This document shows, one piece after another, positions 43,480 to 56,439 of a DNA stretch of 64,000 nucleotides. Within the stretch, counting starts at the first letter, position 1. Each line of letters opens with the position of its first letter. The position numbers and the translations under genes are program-made. The stretch is from Adineta vaga. Its lineage: Eukaryota > Animalia > Rotifera. The notes under the pieces are model-generated. The model was not told the DNA's origin. It saw only the letters and a list, made by a program, of their open reading frames with translations, and searched no databases. The stretch is taken from contig CP075492.1 in NCBI GenBank assembly GCA_021613535.1, positions 12,524,001 to 12,588,000 of the forward strand, read 5' to 3'.

Positions 43480-46168
43480 ATGAATGAATTATCATCTCTG
43501 TCGACAATTGACCAAAAAATGGCCGAAATGCGTCTTAAAAATTTGGAACTACTTAAACGTCATCAGGTTTGCACTTGAATACACACTAATTGTTTGTTTG
43601 CAACGTATGTAGACGGAAGAAGATAGTCGACGATTGATATTTATCGAGTAAAAGGCCTATTCCTTGCCTTCCATGTTCTCTATTCTCTTGAATGTCATTA
43701 CAATAAATGAGAGAGATTTTTTTGACAATGTCTTTTTCTCTGTCTCTGTCTCTCTCTCGCTCTGTTTCTCTTGGTCTCCCTCTGACTTTCCTCGCTTCTA
43801 ATAAGGAACATGCATAGACACACATACATATATATAGACCGAAGGATATAGAGTTTCAGTGCTCGTTACGAGTATACGTTAGACATTAGTAACTATTGTG
43901 ATTATTTGCTTGAAATAATGTTTTTTTTTCTCAATCTCCCTTGTGTCTTATAACTATTTGCTTTCTTTTCTATTCGAAGGAAATCGAAGCAGATCGTCAA
44001 TTGGCCGTTCGAACGGGTGCAACAATAACGATCGTTGAAAATCAAAAAGATCATAAAGTGATGAGAGGCGTAGGTTATGTCAAAGATATTGGTACATATT
44101 CATAAACTTTTCTTTACTAATAGACAACAAAAAATCGTGTACGAATCACTCCAAATGATCAGCATTCCCAAGTATGTATTAGATTCAAAATGCTCGTAAA
44201 CTATAGATTTTATTCTTTTCCATAGGAAAATCAACCTGAACGAAATCAACGACAAGCAACACGTCGAAAATTTGACACTGTAACTATTCACTATCAATTT
44301 TGAAGATTATTCATTCTTTAATTCAAGGCTCGTACTGACGCTCAACCGCAACGTGCGCAACGTATTGATTATAATCGTTTAAAACGTGAACGTGCACTGG
44401 AAATAAATAATCAAAAAGCAACCAATAATGAAAGTAGCAATAATACAATTAATCCTCAATTACAACAATATGTCTTTTCATTCCAAAGTCGATCTGAAAA
44501 TACTAATGGTACGATAAATTTCATATTATCTTTTTATTTCTATTTTCTGGAGAAGAAAAACACCAGAGAATCAGTTTATATATTCTTTATATTTTTACGA
44601 ACAAAAATCTAACTAAAGATAATTTTTATGCGTAGATGCCGACGAACCGGCACACGCAAAAAGACTTGTCGTTGTAAATAATAAAGGTATGTAACTTAAT
44701 CGCTGCTTCCTTGCATCTATCAGCTTGTGTATGTGTTATATTTTTGCATGTCATGGGTATTGATCACGCTTATAAATCAGTCAATGAATTGTCCCTGAAC
44801 GCACACGATAAAAGTCATGTAGAATATACATAGTTCTATATACACTCACACATATATACATATATATACGCACTTAAATGTGAATACCTCGATGATCGAT
44901 CGATCGATGAAAAGAATAGAGAAGAAGAAAAATCGAGAGAGATGATATAAGATTACATGAAACGAAGGAATATACACTTCGTTATAGATCATAGACTTGA
45001 AAAGTAAGTAAAAGATCTTTTTTTATAATTATATCGATAGAAGATTATTTTCATAAGTAAAAAAGCTTTTATTTTTCTTTTCCATTTCAGCTGATCGCAT
45101 CGGTAGTGGTCGATTTAGTCAACAACAACGTACTCAAGAACACGAACAACGTAAACGAGAAGGTTAATTTTTGTCGTGTGATTACCTTGAATTTTAATTG
45201 CTGTATCAATAGAACGAATGCGGCGATGTACAGTACAAAATAATGGGCATACAGGAGGTTCTACTAATGAATTTCATCTTGATGTACCATCAATGCCGAT
45301 ATGGCCCAATAGTCCCATGCATATTCAACTTGTACCAGCAAATATCAGTAATCATCATACAGGAATCGATAATTTGATTAATACAACTGGCAATAATAGT
45401 GGTGATCAAATAGATCGTAAATAAATCCTTTGAAATAAGAAAATTAACTAGCTTTGTTATTTTTTCATTACATATATGTATATAGAATCTGGTTATATTC
45501 ATAATTTTGTTTATTCACCTCCAGCTCAAGCATCATCATTCAATGGAAATGGTACTGTTTATTTTGCTCATCCAGCTCCTCCTCCACATCCTTCGACATC
45601 TCAATCAGGCACATCACAGACACATTTCCATCAGTATCATTCAACACATCCATATGAAAATACAACTCATCATCAATTTCATATACCTCCATTTCAATCA
45701 TCTCCTTTATTTCAACCACCACTTCAACCATCATTACCAACACAAGACACTTCACCAACAGATTTACCACCGCGTTTTCGCCATATAAAAACATCCGATT
45801 ATGAAAATAAATTTTCTCATCAAAGACCCATGTCTGGTGATTTTGAACGTTTACATAATACTCATTATTCATCATCATCATCATCATCACCTTCGTCACG
45901 TTTTAATAATGATAATCGTTTCCAAACTCGACCACAATCATTCTACGATTTTTCTTCCAATAACAACACTAATAATAATAATTTTTGTCGTTCATCAAAC
46001 ACTAATCGTTTTCAACGAACAAATAACAACAATACTAATAATGTTAATAATAACAATACAAGTCTTCCACTTTCTGCCTACATGAATACCGATGATTCAT
46101 TAGATGAAAATGAAAATAATTATTGGGGAATATCATATCAACGAAGACGATCTACACAACACCATCAA

Positions 46169-46200
<32 letters not shown>

Positions 46201-47209
46201 ACGAACATATCAACAAGATAAACATCAATTTCCATTATCATCTTACGATCCTCGTCAATATGGTTTTCATAATAATTATCAACGTCGAAATAATTTTAAT
46301 AATGGCACAACGACAAATAGACGTCATATGATCAATAATAATCGTTTTAATCATAGTGATATCTCTAATGCGAATAATACTGATCTTATTGAAGAATGGT
46401 GGGAAGATAATAATACCGATTTAATTGAAACAAATCAATCAATTTCAAGTACAGATACAAAACCAACAACAACAACAGTCAATGATAGTGGAAATAGTTC
46501 GTTATCAACAAGTATGCATTTAAAAGAATCCATATCTGATGATTCTTCAACTAATGATTTAATGAATCCATCATCAGATGCATCAACAACTGATAGTACG
46601 TTGTAACCTTCAAATAATTTCTTTGTTTTTTCGAAAGCATTTTTCTAGGTAATATTATTGAATCTCTTGATAAACTTCAACAGCAATTAAAATTAGAAGA
46701 AGCTGTTGATGAACGATTAGCCTCGGTAGCAATTGAACACATTCAAACAATGGATAAGAAATCTAATAATGAAGTAAGTTAAAAGAATATTAATAACAAA
46801 TTTTCATAAATTAAATTTCAATGTTATCTAACAGCCAACACCATATGATACAGCTCATTTCATGCAATGGGCAAAAGAAAAATTTAGGGAGGAATTAGCT
46901 GGTCGACTTACTGCTCAGGTATGACAGTAAATGAGCATGACAATAAAAAAAAGGATTTGATTCTATTCATATTCGCATGTTTTGCATGGCTTTTTCTTGG
47001 TGTTTTTTCATTGAGTAAAAGAAAAATTTTCAATTTTTTCATTCTAGGAAATTGAGCAGCAAGATGCTGTAACAACGGATGATGATGAAGATGCTCACTC
47101 GACAACAAATCATGTTGAACCTATGGATGCTCTTGAGGATGATCTTAATGAAAAATTAACCATTGATGAAAATCAATCAAATCGAAAACAATCGATTGTT
47201 GTCGAATGA
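43480..47209 (+). CDS. CCDC9-like N-terminus plus a long Asn/Gln/His-rich low-complexity region
   Basis: IDQKMAEMRLKNLELLKRHQ|EIEADRQLA resembles the CCDC9 N-terminal coil (from memory); large exon ~45487-46595; ends ...QSIVVE*. Confidence 0.6.
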
Positions 47210-48294
47210 ACTGATAATGGGATAAACAAGCCAAAAGAGATTCGTTCTTTTATTCACTTTTTTTCTTTTTCTATTTACTTTCTTGTATACATACGTACAT
47301 CTAGAGAACACAGTTTTATTGTTTTGCATTTTTTTTCTTTGTCTTCTCTTGTAAACTTGATGATGAACATTTTTCATTGGGATATAAATCATGTCAGACG
47401 TCGAGTTTTAAGTAAAATTTTCGTTAAAATTACATCTTTCATACAGATTTTGTTGAACTAGCTCTGATGTTTTCATTTATAGTTTAAAGTCATACAATAT
47501 AGATATGAAACAAGATTCTTTGATGATTGATAGAGTTAGTCATATGAAAAACAAATTGACGTAGCTGTGATTCAGTGGCTTGTATGCTTTTCGAAATCCG
47601 ATTAAATACGAACTCTATTTCGATCAATAAATATATCAGAACCTTCAGTTGGATTTCTCTTTCCTTTTGAAATCCGATATACTTCAAAATAAAATTGGTA
47701 ATTTGACCTAAAAATAATACATCTAAATATTCGAACTAAACAATAAATACCAATATTATTCTGATGTTGGACAACTATGTGTCAAAATTTTTATAAAAAT
47801 AAATGGTATTTCAATTAAAGATGATATTTTCTATAGAAATTATAAAATATCTTCTAAAACTGATAGACAGATGCAAATAAATGTTTGTTTCTAAAAATAT
47901 AACTTTTATAATCTCTTTCTCAGAAAGTAGTTTTACCGATATTGAACTGAATCTAAATGATTGAAGTAAACTTTCAATGTCTTTTCTAAATGTTCTTTGT
48001 GAAGGTCGGCCGTTTACAATAATATGAAAAATGAAAACGATAACATTCTCATACCTTTATCCAATCAAAAGTAACAGTCTATTTTTGAAGTAATTTTCTT
48101 TTTTTAAATATTAATAAATACTCTGCACAGCATGTGTTCGATAATTGCCATTGATGAATACGAAAAACGGTGGCATATGATTAAGAACGAAAGAGACAGC
48201 ACCTGTACGGCTTTTTTCATCGAACAGATGAGAATGGAAAAGAATGTCACAAAGTGCAATTGCTTCTCGACAGAACATGATTATTTGATTCGAA

Positions 48295-49473
48295 ATGCTG
48301 AAAAAACTGTTCTGTGTAGTTCTATTAACAATATCATTGAGTACAATAACAATGATCATTATTATTTATCGAAAAGATATATCCGAATTTACAGAAGTAC
48401 ATCGATCAAAATCCAATCATTCAATGGTTCAATCTCGTCAATATCTCTGGTGTGTAAATCATTATGGACCCAATAATCAAATGAGAGATTTTATTAAATG
48501 TTGTATTATAGCACGATTAAATAATTATACGATAGTTATTCCTCCGTTTTTTCCACATTATGGACGACGAAGAACTCAAAATATTCAATGGTTCGATCAA
48601 TTTTATGATCTAAAACAATTGAATAAAGTTGTGGATTTAATCACAATTGATCAATTCGTATCTCAAATGACGAATAGTTCAAAGAAATTAATGCTCGATT
48701 GTTATATGAGACAGATCGAATTGATTAACAATCGAATGTGGTATCCCCAAAACACACTCATATCAATAGAAAGAACTTATAAAATTAAAATTAATTTTCA
48801 TCGTCAATTAAATCTCTCAAAACATTTGAATATCAATGAAATAGCATTGAAATCAAAGAATTGCTCGAGCATATTTCTTCATATTCATTATACAGTTTTT
48901 GCACAATTTTTTCAAAATCCAGATGCTCATACTCGAACAATTTTTGAACATATACACCGTACTCCATTAATTCAACGTTTAGCTTTACAATTAATCAATT
49001 CATTACCAGAATTACTCCCAAATAAAACTTCTTCTGAAAAAAAATTTTACACTCTTGCTGTTATTCACATGAGATTAGGTGATTATACAGTAATGAATGT
49101 TTCAATGTATATTCAACAAATCTTGCTTCTTATCAATAATAAGATTCATTTTACACATCTACATATCATGTGTCCTTATTTAAATTCCACACATGTCAAA
49201 CAACTAACGGAGAAACTTCCTGTTCCTTTTACAATTTCTCAATATTTATTGAATCATGTACGATTTGTGTTGGATGATTATATATTTGATGTATTAGAAC
49301 AAGAAATTGCTTATCAAGCACCGATATTTCTCGCATCACCATGGACAACATATTCGGCAACAATCTTAATGCAGAAAGTTCTTCATAATAAAGGTGTTGT
49401 ATATATTTTATCGAGAAATATGAAGCAACCACCGATTTTGGTAACGAAAAAGAATGTCAGATACTTTCAATAA
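48295..49473 (+). CDS. Type II membrane O-fucosyltransferase-like glycosyltransferase (GT-B, POFUT-like), intronless
   Basis: N-terminal TM; GPNNQ, TIVIPPF, FDQFYDL, AVIHMRLGD, LEQEIAYQAPIFLASPWTTYS. Confidence 0.75.
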   Translation: MLKKLFCVVLLTISLSTITMIIIIYRKDISEFTEVHRSKSNHSMVQSRQYLWCVNHYGPNNQMRDFIKCCIIARLNNYTIVIPPFFPHYGRRRTQNIQWFDQFYDLKQLNKVVDLITIDQFVSQMTNSSKKLMLDCYMRQIELINNRMWYPQNTLISIERTYKIKINFHRQLNLSKHLNINEIALKSKNCSSIFLHIHYTVFAQFFQNPDAHTRTIFEHIHRTPLIQRLALQLINSLPELLPNKTSSEKKFYTLAVIHMRLGDYTVMNVSMYIQQILLLINNKIHFTHLHIMCPYLNSTHVKQLTEKLPVPFTISQYLLNHVRFVLDDYIFDVLEQEIAYQAPIFLASPWTTYSATILMQKVLHNKGVVYILSRNMKQPPILVTKKNVRYFQ

Positions 49474-49565
49474 TTTTTATTCAATCGTATTAACTGTCAT
49501 TTTTCTATACTGCATTATAATGATTTCTAATGCTAAGATATCGAAATCTGTTGAATACAACTATT

Positions 49566-51245
49566 TTATTCAAGTCCTGTTTCTGTTCCACATATGATAA
49601 TTTCGACACCTAATCTTCGAAAACAAGCTGCTTTGACAGCAATTGCTTTTTGCGCACTTTGAGCATCGGGTGCATATGCAACTTGAATATGATTCGCTTT
49701 ATGTTTAGCCATCATTTGATCTCGTGTTATACCAAATAATTGAGCATGCATCATTGGCCATTGTGGTGTTGTTTCTCGCCAACGACGATCACTTTCTTGT
49801 TTAGGTAATTCTACGGCACGTGCACGACCTATATCTATTTTTAGACGATCATCTTCAATATATACACGACTCCAAACGACTTCTCCTGGTTTTGATATTC
49901 CACAAATTGTTCCACCACCTTTATGAAAATACATTACTGGTTGACGTACACTAATGGCACCTTTATATCCACCAATAAGATGTTCCGGTGGAACTGCACC
50001 TGATATTTCGAAAATCCAAGTAAATATACCATTATAATCTTCTCCATAACGTACATCATGCAATGTAGTTTCAGGTGAAAAACCAAGCTGTTTCCAAATA
50101 CGATTAGTAATTAAGGCATCAATGCCAGCACATTCATCGACTTCATTAAAATGTGGTAGAGCAGAATCTGAAAAGAGTTCATATGTATTTGTACGATCTT
50201 TTACTGGTGGTCGATCTACATTATTTAATAAACCTTCGGCAAGATCGGATGCTGGTACTAAATCTTTTAAACCTTGTTGATATTGAATACCGATCAAATC
50301 ACAACCAAAATCATCTGCTAAACGTACAGCAGAGATATACATTTTACATTGCATGAGAATTTGTTCTTCTGTTAAATCAGTTCGATCATTTTGTTCATCT
50401 GTAAGAATGAATTTCATTCCTTTACGTTTTAACCATCCATAGATTACACGTGCTTGTTCATCACTTGTTTGTTGCATTTCATAGAATAATGCAGATTGAC
50501 TTAGACGTTCTTTAAAAATACCTAATTTGTGAAGAAGTTCATCTGGAACAATTGCATTATACATTCCCATACAACCCTAAAATACAAGACGAAATTCAGT
50601 ATGTTTTTTTTTCTTGTAAAAATGGCAAACATTTACTTCATCAAATACACCCATAATTGCCTTATTTTTTAACAAATCTTCAGCGACTTGCTTTCCAATT
50701 TGTTCATCTTCTTCAACAATCATTTTACATTGTTCTAATGGTCGTGCATGAGAAATATCATGTTTAATTATTCCTGTTTCTAACCATTCTTTAAGTTTAT
50801 TCAAAAAGAATTCATCTGTGAAATCTTTCGACCATAATGTACTATATTTTACATTTGCTTTTGTTAATGAACCATTTAAATTCAACAATCCAACAAGACC
50901 AGGCCATTGTCCACTCCAATTAGCGATAGTTAATATTGGACCTTTATGCGTTGTTAAACCTGGTAGAACATGATGTGAATATTGCCAAACAGCTTCCGCA
51001 ACAATCAATGGAACATCATCTGACGGTAAATTAGCGAAGATCTGCATACCCATTCGTTGACTGTCAATAAAACCATGTTGTTTCGTTGCATCATACTCAT
51101 GTGCACGTTGAATAGTATGATCAAATGATTGTAAAACTTTATCAAGAGCTTGTTCAAGTGTATCTTGTGCTTCCCAACATGTTTGATTAGCAGCAGAACG
51201 AGAATCACCATTTGCAACGAGATAAATCGGAGATTTAATTGTCAT
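49566..51245 (-). CDS. Bacterial-type L-fucose/L-arabinose isomerase-like protein (539 aa, one intron 50636-50577)
   Basis: Two ORF-track pieces join in phase 0 as MGVFDE|GCMGMYNA; [52 protein letters not shown]. Confidence 0.8.
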
Positions 51246-51779
51246 AGTGTATAGTAAACAGAACAATAAGCTAACAAATATTTCTCTCTATTTTACGATG
51301 ATGAAACTAAATTTGTTTTTCTGTTATCTATTTATTATTAATGATATAAATACCAGGTCAGCTGATTTTTTTTCTTTCATGAAAGAATCATCGATGAAGA
51401 ACGAGTAAAACTAAATAACATATAGTTAATCAAGTAAAACGTGTGTATATGAAGATAGACAAACGATAAGAGTAAATAATTTCCTTCAAATCTTTTATAA
51501 AGTCAATAGACTTCTCAGACGAATTTATTTTATTTTATTTAAACATGATATATAACTGTTAGAAAAATGAATTTATAATCCTCAATCAAATTCGTTTTCG
51601 AGCGTCATCTGTACGAATTGATATGTATAAGTCGTTGAGAATGTCTCTATTTATCTAAGGACAATACGTATCCAATCCAATCGGTATAGGTAATCAAATG
51701 TGACATTAACGTTAAGAATTGACATTTCATCTCATTTTTACTCAAATGTATCGATGAACAATAACACTATATATTCATT

Positions 51780-54700
51780 ATGACTGATCATAATAATATT
51801 CGTTCTCCTCCAAAGAACAGAATTCATCGATGTAATGTTAATTATTTCGATTTTATTTGATAAAAAATATATTTATTTAGCTGATTCACCAACAAACTCG
51901 TCTCTTTTACAACACCAAACATCATCATCACCATTAAATAGCAATACTCGTGGCCGACAGTTATGGAATCTAGCTATTGATGAAATTTTTGATCATGAAA
52001 AGATTTCACCGACTACTGCTGAACATGAATCGATGGGCTGGCATAATCTAACAAAACGGTAAAAACTTAGTTATACTTTTGTCTTTTACTGTGTGTTGTT
52101 TGTTTTTACGGAAATTCCGAGTGTTATAAAAAGATCAGATTAATAATCTGTGTAGTAATAGAATTCCGAAGGGAAATCCTTCTTCACAACATAGATCATC
52201 TACAGGAAAGAGTAAACGAATGTATGAAAAGAAAAAGAAGGACACGGAGGGAGAGAGAAAAACCCGATATGATAACGTTGATTGTCGACGGCAAGTAAGG
52301 CCAAGGGAAAAAAAACGAGGAGAGAAAAAAATGGCTAAATAAGCAGTTGTTTGCATAGTTACATGCCTATAGTAGAGAATGGAATAAGAACATAAGTTTT
52401 TTTCTTCTTTCATTCTTTTTTCATCGTTGAACGTATTTAACAGCTAGCGAAGAATAAAACTTGCATTACTTGATTAACTTTGTGCAGTAGTTGTTAACTA
52501 ATAATGATATGTCATCATCGTTGTTGGCTTCCGCTAATTATCATCTATTGAGTTGTGATATTGGTAAAAATACTTTCATGGAACAACATCAAGGGAAAAC
52601 CACAATTGATCATTCCCATTTTTCATCATCTGCTCCAGCTATTATTTATAATGATGATTCATTGGGCGAATCAAAAAGGTGAGAGTTATATTTGTTTTTT
52701 ATTAGACAAATAAAGAAAGATGGGTTAATGGTGTTTTATCGAATACTATATTTTAGTTAAGACTAATTGCTTATTGATGTTGTCGTGTTTACAAGAGTAT
52801 CGAGAGAGAAAATACATTCTAAGTAGATGATCGTATGGTTTGACTACCATATCCTTTTTAGTTACTAGCACATAATTATCCATCATTTGTCTATCCTCAT
52901 ATTTCTTTTATTGAGTACTTCAAAACAACTATTATAGATATAAGTCGATATATAGTTTATAATTTAACCGGCATTTCTCTTATTATTTTCCACTGAAAAT
53001 GAGAAAGAGAACGTATGCGGAGCAATCGATGATTGTAATCATACAAACATTGACTTCCCCATTCTTAGCGATGTGGTTTTTTTTTGGTAAATAAAGAAAA
53101 AGTCTGGCATGTTATAATTTCATATCTTAAGCAGTTTGCTTTTAAGTAACAACACGCACGAGATAGTTTTCTTTTTATCATCGTTTCTGATACAACACGA
53201 AATCTTTTCATCTATCAAACATTACATTACGTTTTAGCCATCAGTTTGTCTAGTTTAGTTTTTTTTATTCTTTCATAAATGACATCTTTTTTGCGAGATG
53301 TACGTATGTAATGAATCGAAACAGATCCCGACGGAAATTGATGATGATAATAATAACGATGAACAGCGTCGAGAAATGACAAGTTCAATCAGAACTAGAA
53401 AGCGATATTTGTCTTATGTTCCGCCATCGAATCATGGATTACTGTCAAAGCAATCACCTGAAGGTTATATTATCATATCACCAATAGAAAGGAGACGAAC
53501 TGTTTCTGAACAAGTCAATCTTCATGATCGGTAGATAAATGAAATTATCCATATGTTCATTTTTCTTTCATAGAAAATAATTATTTGATTGAATTATGCT
53601 AATTTTATTTTAGTGTCATGCAACTCAATGCTAGTCCGATATTAGCAACTGCAGCAAGTCCAGCAATACATCGAGATAATTGGCAACAACGACGGTATAA
53701 TTTTCTCAGTAAAAATAGTATGTTTGCTGGAGAATTAAAAGATGAAGTTGTTAATGAACAAGGCACAGAGCTTGAACAAAGGTAAAAATAAGACATAAAA
53801 TGTTATATTCATCGATATTTTGATCTTTAATAGACCAATTATTGGAACACCACAGATGAAAACATCGAGTAGTATGGAATCAGAGGTATCGAATACAAAA
53901 CGAGAATCAGTATTAGGTATGGCTGTATCTGGTGTTCGTAATCTTCTAGTGGTAAGTTTTTAAATGTTCTTTTCCTTTTTCATTTCATTACATTTAATTA
54001 ATATTGATCATTCATACTTATTTCAAGGTAGACGAGATGACACGTAGAAGATCTATGCGTGCATCTATATTACATCATGAGGTTAAGAATATATCGATGT
54101 GCTTAGGTGTTTGTTCTCTATTTTCTTGTTGTTTTTGATTGTGAAATAGAACAATATTTTCATTATCTTTTCATTTTCATTGCAGGAAAATGATGAAGAA
54201 GGACAGATGGGTGAAAGTGGAATGTCTGCGAAGAATACTGTTTTGATCAAACCTAAAATTAATGAATCAACTGTATTGGATAAATACGATAATGCAGATA
54301 CACAAACTTGGTAAAAGAAAACGTTTTCTATCGATAAATTTTTTATCTTGATGAATTTCTAGTACACAATATACACAAACTGATAATGATGAGCTCTCTT
54401 CAAGTCCAAAGACTAGTAAATTTATGGTTAATTTTCTCTTCATATAGGATGATCATTTTATTTAGAATTATTCAATTCTCATTTATTTAATAAGATTTTT
54501 TCTCGAAAACAATCTCCATCGAAAAAACGCATTGATATTCAACTATCATATCGATGCCATCGTCCTTACTTTACGTACTGGGTGACATTTGTTCAAATTC
54601 TTGTTTGCATTGTTTCTTTACTTGTTTATGGCTATGCACCATTAACATCTACACAATTTGTAAGTCACTCTGAAAAAGAATTTTCACCATTTTTCCTAAC

Positions 54701-56402
54701 AATTGATTGTCTAATAGAAAAATGCATCTATTTTTGAGCAACAACGCTTTGATCTAACAATGAATCTATGGTTTGGTCCATATCCAGCTGATTTAATTCG
54801 TTTAGGTGCCAAATATACTCCATGTATGCGAAGACATGATGAAGTTGAAATTCGATACAAGAAACAAGCACGATTAGAAAGTACATCTGGTTGTTGTATC
54901 GATTCAACAACAGGTCGATGTATGCAAACACTTTCACAACAATGTCTGGTAAGAATCAATCATTTTATAAAACAATAAGAAAAGTGATTTTGTTTTTTTG
55001 AAAAACTTATTTAGCCACGAGCTGATTTAACATGGCACCGTTTTCCATTGAAAAGTAAACGCTTAATAGATCAAAACAATGTTATTTATCCAGCTGTATG
55101 TGGACTAACGCCAGAGTAATTGAAATAGAAACAGAATTTTTAATTTAATACAAAGTAACCGTTTGTTCTCTTCCAGAACTTGTACGAAACAATTAATTGG
55201 AAATATACCACGTGAAGATGATAGTTCATGGACATCAACAATTGTTGACTCGAAAATTCTTAAATGGTCTTCAAATGCTGTTAAATGGCCTGTAAAGAGT
55301 TACTGCTGTATATTAACATCTAAGCTTTATTTTCTCTTAGATTTGTCTCAAGCAAGATCATAACCGAATCGTCAGTAATCTATCACTTTATCCTCATATG
55401 CAATGTATCAATCTCGGTATGTCAATATGAAAGATTTTATAATGAGATACGATTTATATTTTGATTAATAGCAAGACCATGTTGCACTGGTGTACTTGGG
55501 AATTGTCTACTAACTTCAAAAAATGATTGTCAACGTCGACGTGGAATATTTCATTCACGTGCTCATCTATGTTCTCAAGTAAAATGATACAAATTTAATT
55601 ATTTAGATCAATAACAGACAATGATTTTTCTTAGGTCGATTGCATACAAAGTGTTTGTGGAATGTTGGAATTCTTTGTTGGTAACTAATAAAATTTCCAA
55701 CGACATATGCGTTTTCCTATCGATTTCTATTCTTTAGTTCGTGTTCCAGATCAAGTTTATCGTTTCTGGACGGTGATTTTCATACATGCTGGGTAAAACT
55801 TTCTTTGTTTTTTTGTTTCTTATTTATGTTAATATATACTTTTTAGTTTAATTCATCTATTAATAACTATTATATTTCAATATACAATCATGCGTCCATT
55901 AGAAAAATTAGCTGGCTGTATTCGTGTAATGATCATCTATGTTGTATCTGGTTTTGTCGGTAGTTTAGCTAGTGCATTATTTTTACGTGATTCAATTCAA
56001 GTTGGACCAGGTGGTGGTCAAATGGCTATTCTAGCTTGTTATCTAAGTGAATTATTTCTTGGTTGGCGTTCATTAAAACGTCCTTGGATACCATTTTTTA
56101 AAATTCTTATCTGTTTAATTCTTCTTTTAATCGTTGGTTTACTTCCATTAGTCGATAATTACTCTCAATGTTTTGGTTTTTTAATTGGTTTTATGTTAAA
56201 TATGATCGTTTTTCCTGATGTTAGTTTTCGAAAAAATATTCGTCGACTCGTCGTTGTAAGCACATCATTAGCAATAACGATTGCTATATTTATATCCTTA
56301 ATTGTACTTTTTTATACAGTTCCATTTAAATGTGCGTCATGTAAAATATTCAGTTGCCCATTCGGGAAAATTTGCGGCACTGAAAAACGCGATCTGATCT
56401 AA
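51780..56402 (+). CDS. Inactive rhomboid (iRhom/RHBDF family)
   Basis: HRPYFTYW, LIRLGAKYTPCMR, Cys-rich iRhom homology domain, PDQVYRFW, VGPGG in place of GxSG, and no catalytic His (DNYSQ). Confidence 0.92.
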
Positions 56403-56439
56403 GATAGAAAAATCTATCGATGATATTGGTTTATTTCAA

